This document shows, one piece after another, positions 15,206-23,569 of a stretch of 26,188 nucleotides of DNA. The stretch spans positions 1 through 26,188 of IMG/VR virus record IMGVR_UViG_3300032250_000730; one strand, 5' to 3'. The DNA comes from a virus. Lineage: Duplodnaviria > Caudoviricetes. Every line of letters begins with the position of its first letter. Within the stretch, counting starts at the first letter, position 1. The position numbers were made by a program, and so were the translations under genes. Below the pieces are notes generated by a model. The model was not told where the DNA came from and made no database searches. It saw nothing but the letters and a program-made list of their open reading frames with translations.

Positions 15206-18102
15206 TAACTTAAATCTCCGAGTACAATCCTTCTAACATTAGCAGAGTCAAATACTTCTATTTTATTCTGACTAATAACTACACGTTGACCAGTTCTTGC
15301 TACACCTGCACCAGAAAACGGACCCACAGACAATCTATTAACATCAATACTGCCTGTGGAAATTTTTCCGCCATCAATTATAGTAGTATTTGCAACAAAT
15401 ACATCTGTGGCATTGGCTTTGCCTGCAATAACGGACGAATTAGTAATAGCAGTATTAGCTGCTGCTGTTGCTCCTGCAGCATCTACTTTATTTGCAATAA
15501 CAGTTGAATTACTAATAGCATTATTAGCTGCTGTGGTTGCTCCTGTAGGGGTAACATAAGTCTCATTAGTAAAAGTTACTAAACCATTAAAGTTTTGATG
15601 TGTAAACACAGAACTAATTGTTATGGTCTGTGCCCCACCCGCTACTGTTTCTTGTACACTATAACGAACTGCCCACATTTTTAAAGTAGCGCTAGCAGGT
15701 GCTGTTGAAATCGCAGTAGACCAACCAGCAGTTAAAGTAGTAAACTCTCCTGTACCAAAATTATATATGGTTGCTGTAGGAGCAGCTGGTGCGTTTACTG
15801 AAGCTGTTTCAAAATACAAATAGCCAGTTGCATTTTTTAGTGAAGGATTTAGTACAGTTGTGCCTTCAACACGTACTGGTGTTTGCCACGTATAATTAGT
15901 AGCACCCACTGCACGTTTACCAAAACTTGTCCAGAGTGGATCTGTGCCCGTTGCCCCAGCTACAGTATCAAACCAACCACTAGGAGTTGTTGCACTTTCT
16001 GCAGGAGTTGTTGGTTGCGATGCACTACGTCTATATATTTGTGCGGTACCTTCACCAGTATCGCCTTTATCACCTTTACCACCATCTTTGGATTTGTTTA
16101 GTGATAATTCTTTGGTAATAGTTTTTGCATTTGCAGTGCCACCGTAAATAGTAGCAGTAAATACAGCAGTAGCTGAGTTTGTATTAAGTGCATTGATTGT
16201 AATTAGACCTGCAGAATTAATAGTACAATCACTGGCCGTAGTGCTTCCATTGTAGCTAACTTTTGCAAAAGTAACTGGTGGATTAGTTGTAGCACTTAAA
16301 AAAGTTGTTCCAAGTGCTGCATAAAAATTACTAGTAACTGGGAACTGTCCTGTGATAGCATCGCCTGCACTATCACAACTGATTGTTTGATTTTCGTTTG
16401 AAAGTCCACCAATAAAAGCATCGTCGCCTTCGCGTAAACTGTATACTGTAAAAATATCAAACTGCGAATATGCTACACCATCAACTGTTTCAGTTACAGT
16501 AACTCTAACAGTTTTTGAACCTACTGGAGCAAAACTGTTTAAGGTAAACGTGTTATTACTAGCTGTGCCAATAGTTGGTGTAGCGGTGACACCGTCAACT
16601 AACCATGTATATGTTGGGTTAACAAAATTACTTTGTACAGCAGTTAATACTATGCTTGTTGGAGAAGGTGTAGTAGAATTTTTTGCAGTTACAAATATCT
16701 GAGCAGGTGCTGTAATAGATACTGCTCTTGCATTAGCTCCTTTTAAGCCTTCTTTTGACTTTGCAAAACTTTGACGTTTTACAATACTAAAGTCTTTTCC
16801 AGTACTTGTTTTACCAATAATTGTATAATCTATGTATGCAACATCCTGGTTAACATCCATAGCAGAGTGTTTATCAAACTCAATAAAATTTGAAAAAATA
16901 CCAGGAGTTGTATCACATACAATATTAACATCATCAATAGGAGTGCCTATTCTCCAAGTGCCGTTACCATAAGGCGCACTATTATCTACATCTAAATAAG
17001 TATTGCCTTCTTTGACTTTAATAATTGTGCCACTACCTTCATAACTACTAGGAGTAGGTGTTCCGTCTTGGTATGTGGGGATTTGATGTGATTCATTTGT
17101 TAATTCAACAGTAATCTGTTCTGAGCCATCATTAATACGATAAAGCGTAAGAACATCTGACACAGTACCGAGTGTAGCAGTTACCCTTGCAGTACCAATA
17201 GTTACACCACGTGCATCAAACTGTGCTCTTGTAATTGTTATTGTATTTGTAGACTGAGTAAAAGCAATCGCCCCAAGGCTAGTACCTTCGCGAGTAAATG
17301 CTTCAACAGTAAATGTAGGAATACCAGTTAAATTAACTAAACGTGCAGTAATAGTAGTTGACGGTGTTAGTGCGCTTGTAGCAAACTGATCTTTATAAAG
17401 AAACTCTTTGTTAGGAGTACTTAATTGAATTAGTGGTGCAGTTTCTCCAGCTTTAGCTCGGTAAACATTCCATGTTTGTTCTACAACTACATTGTTGTAA
17501 GTAGCTGTAAAAGTAACATTACCACCGTCGTCCGTTAGGCCAGTGCAACTATAAGCACCTGTTGTAACATCTATAGTTACTCCTGTAAGACTATCTATAC
17601 TATTAGCCTTAATGCCGTAAACTGGTCCAGCACCAGTAACTTCTTGGCTTAAGTTAAAGACTCTGAAAACGCCTCTAGCATTAGTAAAATCTCCGCCAGT
17701 GCCATCAGCTTTTGTTACTATAGGAACTGGGTCGTTTGTTAAATTACCATAAACAGTTACGTTTTCATCAAAAACTACTGCTGTTAACTGCGGAGAAACT
17801 GTGTAAGATCCAGGACCAGTTGGACCTGCAGGATCTACTTCGTCTTCATCAATTGCACTAATAAAAGCATATTTTACATAGTATCGGGTATTGGGTGTTA
17901 ATCCAGTAATAATTACGCTTAAGCTGTTGCCAGAAGGCACAAGTGTGCCTTCTCCATTATTTGGATTAAATCCGCTAACTAATGAATACCAAACTTTCAC
18001 AGATGCTAGGTCATCCCTAACATCTGTGGTTCTAATAGCATCATATGGTTTATCCAATACTAACTGCAATGATTTTATGCCTGGGTATAAATATGCCGCC
18101 AT
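15205..18102 (-). CDS. Central tail fibre/tip protein carrying the J-type C-terminus
   Basis: AAGGA RBS. N-terminal Fn3-like (VIITGLTPNTRYYVKYAFI); three L(T/S)N(D/E)...DG modules; short GxKGDKGDTG; IIDGGKISTGSI; C-terminal IEVFDSANVRRIVLG as in the ends of host-specificity proteins. Confidence 0.75.
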   Translation of the reverse strand: MAAYLYPGIKSLQLVLDKPYDAIRTTDVRDDLASVKVWYSLVSGFNPNNGEGTLVPSGNSLSVIITGLTPNTRYYVKYAFISAIDEDEVDPAGPTGPGSYTVSPQLTAVVFDENVTVYGNLTNDPVPIVTKADGTGGDFTNARGVFRVFNLSQEVTGAGPVYGIKANSIDSLTGVTIDVTTGAYSCTGLTDDGGNVTFTATYNNVVVEQTWNVYRAKAGETAPLIQLSTPNKEFLYKDQFATSALTPSTTITARLVNLTGIPTFTVEAFTREGTSLGAIAFTQSTNTITITRAQFDARGVTIGTARVTATLGTVSDVLTLYRINDGSEQITVELTNESHQIPTYQDGTPTPSSYEGSGTIIKVKEGNTYLDVDNSAPYGNGTWRIGTPIDDVNIVCDTTPGIFSNFIEFDKHSAMDVNQDVAYIDYTIIGKTSTGKDFSIVKRQSFAKSKEGLKGANARAVSITAPAQIFVTAKNSTTPSPTSIVLTAVQSNFVNPTYTWLVDGVTATPTIGTASNNTFTLNSFAPVGSKTVRVTVTETVDGVAYSQFDIFTVYSLREGDDAFIGGLSNENQTISCDSAGDAITGQFPVTSNFYAALGTTFLSATTNPPVTFAKVSYNGSTTASDCTINSAGLITINALNTNSATAVFTATIYGGTANAKTITKELSLNKSKDGGKGDKGDTGEGTAQIYRRSASQPTTPAESATTPSGWFDTVAGATGTDPLWTSFGKRAVGATNYTWQTPVRVEGTTVLNPSLKNATGYLYFETASVNAPAAPTATIYNFGTGEFTTLTAGWSTAISTAPASATLKMWAVRYSVQETVAGGAQTITISSVFTHQNFNGLVTFTNETYVTPTGATTAANNAISNSTVIANKVDAAGATAAANTAITNSSVIAGKANATDVFVANTTIIDGGKISTGSIDVNRLSVGPFSGAGVARTGQRVVISQNKIEVFDSANVRRIVLGDLS

Positions 18103-18111
18103 GCTTATCCT

Positions 18112-21100
18112 TTAAGTAATAGTTCTAACAACTATTGTTCCTAGAGTACTTTCAGTACTATAATTACCTTGTTTATCTAATGCTCTGCAGGCTACCCTAT
18201 AAGTAACTCCAGATTGTGAAAGTCGAGGTCTTGGTTGTTCACGAAGATCAAATCTAGCTTCACCAGTACTCTTTATAACTTTGATATTGTTTGCTGTTAC
18301 ATCTAGCTCCCAAAAATCTTGTAAGCCAGTGTTTTTGTATAGTCTGTACTCGTAAGTATCAAAGTCAGGCGTTTGTAGTGTAACATTTGGTTTTGCAACA
18401 ACAAAAGTACGATCCAGGTCTAAGGTTAGTAATGGTGCTGCAGAACCGTTAACTGTTTTTCCTGAATTTGTAAACCAAAAAATTTCAGACCAAGGTCCAA
18501 CTATACTACCAGCACTATTTGTATATCGCACTCTGGCTTTGTAAATAACTCCGCTAATAAGCTGTTGAACAGTTATACTGGAACTATCTTTTGGCGCATA
18601 GTAAAGTGAAGAACTTCCTTCAAACATTACATCGCCAGCCACTACTTGTAGTTCTACACGTTCTGCGCTTTTATTTAATTGAGCACTATTGCTGTAACTA
18701 ATAATAGCAGTATTAGTGTAGTTACCGTTACTAATTTGCTCACTGAGTGCACTATCGCTATTCACTGAAGTAATAGTAGGCGATTCTGAAATGATGCTAT
18801 TAACTAAATAATTTGCTGTAGTAGTAATATTTGCATTAAAGGCTGTATACTGTGATAAATCTGCTGTATAAATTTGTGGAGAATAATCAGCTAACATAAG
18901 TTTTGCAGTTACGTTATTTGAAGTTTCAACACTTAATACAATAAGTTCTTGTGATTCCTTAGACACCTCACCCAACATAAATAAGTCATCTGGGTTTATA
19001 TTATCAGCAACACTTAGTACGCTGGTAATAGTTATTGTATCGTAAAATGCTGTAACGGTTATTGGCGTTAATGTTTTTAGCACACTTGCGCCAGCGTTAG
19101 TTCTTACTCGAATATTGTAAGTTTTGCCGCTTTCTAGATAGATTGATTCTGTTAGCGTAATAATTGCACTACCAGATTGACAAGACTTAATTCTACCACT
19201 ACCATTGCCCCATAATGGAACATCGTGTGTAACACGAACAAGATCGCCACGATTACAAACTAAGTATTCAAAGTCAACATTTAGTGAGTACATTTCTGGG
19301 CGCAATTTTAATTGTGCCATATGCCATTGAGCAATATGCTTGGCTTGTGCAAAATTAGTTACACCAGGCAAACTTAATTCTTCAAACAACTCAGAATTAG
19401 TATCACTTTTGCCTACATTATATACGCGGTACTCATTTGCTTGATAACCTTTTTCTTCATCAGCAATAGTAATACGAAATGCGTCAGGTATACGTGGCAA
19501 AATCTTAGTAGACTCAAAACCCCAACTATTATGTGGAGTAAAGTGCTGAACTACTCCAGAACGTGGTCTATCAACTACTACCGTCCATTTTCCGTCAATA
19601 TAGTTAGGACTAGCTTTACCAGCGCTGCATATATCTTTTAGCACATCCATAACGCTTGCCACGCTGGTTAACACAGCATTGTAACTTAACCAAGGTTTTG
19701 TATTATCACGAGTATAAGTACCATTAGCAAAAATCATTGGCTGACAAAACTTGTACCAATCTGCAAGCGCATTTAAATCAACATAATTAGCAGCATCAGT
19801 AATATTATCTGCAACTCGATATGCGTTTGCAGGATGCATTAACACATATAAAAATAGTGCGGCAGGATTATTTGTTGCTTCTACTAAATTCCACTTATTT
19901 GTTGTTCTGTTTAAAACTGGTGCAACTGTTTGTACAAGCGCATTTACACCTTCTAAACTGCCATTAATTTTGTTAGTGCTTTGTACTCGTATAAATGTTC
20001 TGGCTAAGTGGCATTTAGGCGGATTTTTTACTACACGAATAGGTATCGGTTTATTTTGAGAATCTAATATTAAGTTACCGAGATTGTCTAATTCATATTT
20101 ATTATAGCCAACTATACCTGATAATATAGCTTTTGAGTAGTAACGATTGTCTTTATCTTCGTCTTTTTCAGTTACGTCGTCATTGGTTCGTCTAACACGG
20201 ACTTGATATCTGCCAAGTGATAAACCTCGAATCTTGTAAACAAAGTTAAAAGCATCTTTTCGCTTTGAAAATAAGCCGCCTTGTCCAAAAATTATTTCGG
20301 TTTCACTAGTGCCTGTGATGTTAAGACCTGAATTAGCTGTATAAGTAATAACCAGTGCAGCACCTGCTGGACCGCCAGTATTAGTAACAACCATTCTAAT
20401 TGTATGAGTGGTATTAGCTTCTGCATAATACCAAGTTGTAGCGGTTGACCCATATCCTTGTTCTGGTATATCAATAACTTTTACATTATTAATACGTACT
20501 GTACCACTATTATCTGAACTAGCATCTATTTGATAGTATCCAGTAAAAGGAAAAGTAACTGTTGCAGATTTATCAAAACTATTTCCGCCAGCAGTATTCC
20601 AAACACCGTGTTGATTTAGTAACGAACCCCAGCTATTATTAGTAACTCTAACTGTGTTCGTAAACTGTGTTCCATTAAAAACAAGCTGAGGCTCACCTGC
20701 GACTAATCCATTGGTTTCTAAAAATCTTCCTGCTTCAATGTTCACTGTCCAGCTATTAGTGTACAGAATATTTCCTTCAGCATCTGTAACAGCATCACCG
20801 CTTGAATCTAGTTGAGCGTTGCGAGTAACACTTGTAAGGTCTAATCCTACAACATTGCCAGTGCTTAAGTATGAAACTGTTTGTTGAGCTTGATAAGTGT
20901 TACCATAAAAACATATTGTATGTAATTTACGATAACCGTTGGGAATTACTGGCAATCTAGGGTATGTAGAAGAAGCTGCACTTGCACCCGCACCTACAAA
21001 AGCTGCATAAGACTGTTCTGTATACCTATCTCTTAGGTATTTGCTAGCATCAGCAGTTAAACTGTCTGTGGCTGAGCCTTCAAAAACTTCAATACCACCG

Positions 21101-22680
21101 CCAGGAGCTAGTGCAAACGTATAAAATTTATAAAGCTCGATAAAATTACCTGAGCCGTCTTCTATACTAGGCGTGCCGGTTAAAACTGTTGAAAATGCTG
21201 CTTGATTAAGCGTAACACCTGTATATTCACCAAGACTGTAAACAGGCACACTGCCCCAATTTTGTTCACCAAATTTACGTACTTTAATTTCTATACCACA
21301 AGCAGCTTCACCTATGCTAGCATCTTTGGTAGAAATTTTACGCATACCTTCTGGAAAAGTAAGAACAACATCAATATCTTCAGCATAGCTATCTAGTGTA
21401 ATAACGGCAGGAGGATTGCCGTCTGTGCTATTATTAACAAGTTCAATTTGTGGAAACTGTTGCTCAACATCACTGGGATACAGTGCGTCAAATGCTGCTA
21501 TGTCTTCTTGCGGATATCCATTTAAGATAACTGGAACAGGGTGTTCTTGTGTTGTTGACGCTTGACTACTAAAGTAAAGTTCTTTTGGTGTTTTAGCACC
21601 TATGCGAATATCTGTGATATCAAGAGGTCCAAAACCCCATATAAGATATAAGTTCATTACACTTGTATCTGTGAGTGTTTCGACATAAGGAACTGCACCT
21701 AACATAGCTGTTGAACGCATTTTTCCTAACACAACAGGAATAGCACCAAAACGATTAGCTTGATTAGCCGCACCGTTAAAAGCATTTACTGGTGCAGAAC
21801 TTCCTGGATCTTTGCCTGTTAATGGGCGTATAGGAAAGGCAGCGTTAATAAGTGCCATACCGGCCATGTTAATGGCCATAGTTCCTACAATTTTACCAGT
21901 TGTGGTTACTGCAGCTTCTGTGTATATAGCTCCCTCAGCTGTTGTTATAGTAGCAGCTTCAGTAAAACCCAGGGAAGAACCAAGCTGTGCTCCATATACG
22001 TTTGCTACGTATATTAGCGCAATCATAGCTATAGTACGCAAAGCTTGCTTGCCTTCTGGTACTACTTTGTATACAATTTGTTGGCCTGCTTGTACTTTGG
22101 TAGTGCTCCACTCCGATTGTGGTACTTTAACACCATCTAAGAACAGTATTAATTTTTCGGCAAAACGATCGCTAATATTATAGCTAGTGATTAAATTTTG
22201 TGATACATCGGCTAGGCTTGTTCCAGGAATTGCGAGTTCTGAATAAACTACTTGTTTAAATGGATGCGGTCTGCCTGATAATACTACATCTGCTTGGGGT
22301 GTATAAGTATAATAGCCTTCAATACGCTTGTTCCAGCGAGGGCTATTTACTGATTCTACTACACTGTCCATGCCATCACGAGCATGAATAAACTTGTCAT
22401 CGCCAATGTATACACCAACGTGAAAAGGTTCGCCTAATATATTGAATACTATAACCGAGCCAATTTCAGGCTCTTGAACTTGTGCCCAATTATTTTTATA
22501 AACGTCCATCATATCAAGAATACGAGTGTCGTACGCACCCGAATATTCTTCAGTATAACTAGGTAAATCTATATTATATTCTTGTTTATAAAATAAACGC
22601 ACTAATCCCCAGCAGTCTATACCCTGCTCATCTCTGCCGTTTGCAGCATATGGTAATCCAATATATTTATCGTAATTCAT
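18112..22680 (-). CDS. Fused tail-tip protein: NlpC/P60 peptidase + gpI-like + gpJ/TipJ-like hub with Fn3 domains
   Basis: DCWGL (Cys23), HVG (His87) and FIHA (His99) form an NlpC/P60 triad. Ubiquitin-like LFLDGVKVP...W segment plus a hydrophobic stretch; then GAIPVVLG, FPEG, YQVRVRRT, TNNPA and GDLVRVTHDV motifs of J-like proteins. Confidence 0.88.
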   Translation of the reverse strand: MNYDKYIGLPYAANGRDEQGIDCWGLVRLFYKQEYNIDLPSYTEEYSGAYDTRILDMMDVYKNNWAQVQEPEIGSVIVFNILGEPFHVGVYIGDDKFIHARDGMDSVVESVNSPRWNKRIEGYYTYTPQADVVLSGRPHPFKQVVYSELAIPGTSLADVSQNLITSYNISDRFAEKLILFLDGVKVPQSEWSTTKVQAGQQIVYKVVPEGKQALRTIAMIALIYVANVYGAQLGSSLGFTEAATITTAEGAIYTEAAVTTTGKIVGTMAINMAGMALINAAFPIRPLTGKDPGSSAPVNAFNGAANQANRFGAIPVVLGKMRSTAMLGAVPYVETLTDTSVMNLYLIWGFGPLDITDIRIGAKTPKELYFSSQASTTQEHPVPVILNGYPQEDIAAFDALYPSDVEQQFPQIELVNNSTDGNPPAVITLDSYAEDIDVVLTFPEGMRKISTKDASIGEAACGIEIKVRKFGEQNWGSVPVYSLGEYTGVTLNQAAFSTVLTGTPSIEDGSGNFIELYKFYTFALAPGGGIEVFEGSATDSLTADASKYLRDRYTEQSYAAFVGAGASAASSTYPRLPVIPNGYRKLHTICFYGNTYQAQQTVSYLSTGNVVGLDLTSVTRNAQLDSSGDAVTDAEGNILYTNSWTVNIEAGRFLETNGLVAGEPQLVFNGTQFTNTVRVTNNSWGSLLNQHGVWNTAGGNSFDKSATVTFPFTGYYQIDASSDNSGTVRINNVKVIDIPEQGYGSTATTWYYAEANTTHTIRMVVTNTGGPAGAALVITYTANSGLNITGTSETEIIFGQGGLFSKRKDAFNFVYKIRGLSLGRYQVRVRRTNDDVTEKDEDKDNRYYSKAILSGIVGYNKYELDNLGNLILDSQNKPIPIRVVKNPPKCHLARTFIRVQSTNKINGSLEGVNALVQTVAPVLNRTTNKWNLVEATNNPAALFLYVLMHPANAYRVADNITDAANYVDLNALADWYKFCQPMIFANGTYTRDNTKPWLSYNAVLTSVASVMDVLKDICSAGKASPNYIDGKWTVVVDRPRSGVVQHFTPHNSWGFESTKILPRIPDAFRITIADEEKGYQANEYRVYNVGKSDTNSELFEELSLPGVTNFAQAKHIAQWHMAQLKLRPEMYSLNVDFEYLVCNRGDLVRVTHDVPLWGNGSGRIKSCQSGSAIITLTESIYLESGKTYNIRVRTNAGASVLKTLTPITVTAFYDTITITSVLSVADNINPDDLFMLGEVSKESQELIVLSVETSNNVTAKLMLADYSPQIYTADLSQYTAFNANITTTANYLVNSIISESPTITSVNSDSALSEQISNGNYTNTAIISYSNSAQLNKSAERVELQVVAGDVMFEGSSSLYYAPKDSSSITVQQLISGVIYKARVRYTNSAGSIVGPWSEIFWFTNSGKTVNGSAAPLLTLDLDRTFVVAKPNVTLQTPDFDTYEYRLYKNTGLQDFWELDVTANNIKVIKSTGEARFDLREQPRPRLSQSGVTYRVACRALDKQGNYSTESTLGTIVVRTIT

Positions 22681-23207
22681 TAGAATAGTCCTGGAAAGTT
22701 GGCTGGTGTAAACGTAAAACTAGGAAAAGGCTCACGACTTAGACTAACCATATTTAAGTCTAAGGTTATTTGTTCAGCATTATAAGTAACGTTTGTTATC
22801 TTAAAACCACTAAAACTTGTTTCAATGGTATTTGGGCTACTTGCTAATACTAAATCAATTTGTACGCTAACAGGGCTTGTGAGTTTTTCACGAATAAGCT
22901 GAATTGCTTCTTTGGTAACGTAATTTAGTGTTAAGCTACATTGTCCAGCTCCGGCTTCTTGTTCGCCTGGTAAATTAATTTGCAGTGGTAAAAATACGTA
23001 GTCTTTGTTATTACTTCTAACACCATAAACTATTTCTTCGTCAGTTGTAAGTGAAGCAATGCGACCAGTATAACTATCTGCTAATCTAATAGGATTAGCG
23101 GGATCTGTTGGATCGGTTATTGTAATTAACAAAATTAATGCCTCGGAAGTTTCCGAGGCAAACATTGCTCTGATAGCTGATTGTGATAAACTATTTATTC
23201 TGCTCAT
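22680..23207 (-). CDS. Minor tail protein, DUF1833/gpL-like
   Basis: LILLITI...PIRLA...YVFLPLQINLP...EPFPSFTFTPANFPGLF. Position between the distal tail gene and NlpC/P60 is canonical. Confidence 0.8.
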   Translation of the reverse strand: MSRINSLSQSAIRAMFASETSEALILLITITDPTDPANPIRLADSYTGRIASLTTDEEIVYGVRSNNKDYVFLPLQINLPGEQEAGAGQCSLTLNYVTKEAIQLIREKLTSPVSVQIDLVLASSPNTIETSFSGFKITNVTYNAEQITLDLNMVSLSREPFPSFTFTPANFPGLF

Positions 23208-23566
23208 GGCATTACTTCAAATTTAAGACTAGTATTCCAGTATCCGGGCGCAACGTAACTTAAGTTAAAAAACTCTCCATCACTGCCAGGTACTATGCGT
23301 ACTTCTACTGTGGTATACAAACGTGGATGAGTAAAAGTAAATCTTTTTACACCACTTAGTGTATCTTTTATAAATGTTTCTAAGGTTTGTGTTTGCGCTG
23401 TGGTCATTAAAAATGACAAGTTAAATTGATTAGGACGACCAGCCCTGCGTCTTTGTTTTGCAGGGCCAGCGTCTGTGGCGGTTCTTATTATGTTAATACC
23501 AACTGACTCAGTAAAACCTTTTTGTGGTACTTGTGGAAGTGTTGAAGGCCATTGTGCTACTGCCAT
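23204..23566 (-). CDS. Distal tail protein (Dit/gpM-like)
   Basis: WPSTLP...IRTATDAGPAKQRRR...LSGVKRFTFTHP; lies directly after the tape measure gene. Confidence 0.82.
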   Translation of the reverse strand: MAVAQWPSTLPQVPQKGFTESVGINIIRTATDAGPAKQRRRAGRPNQFNLSFLMTTAQTQTLETFIKDTLSGVKRFTFTHPRLYTTVEVRIVPGSDGEFFNLSYVAPGYWNTSLKFEVMP

Positions 23567-23569
23567 TTA

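Noticed and set aside
16050-16090. GGKGDKGDTGEG as a collagen domain
   Set aside because: Only about four Gly-X-Y triplets; this is a common short hinge in tail proteins.
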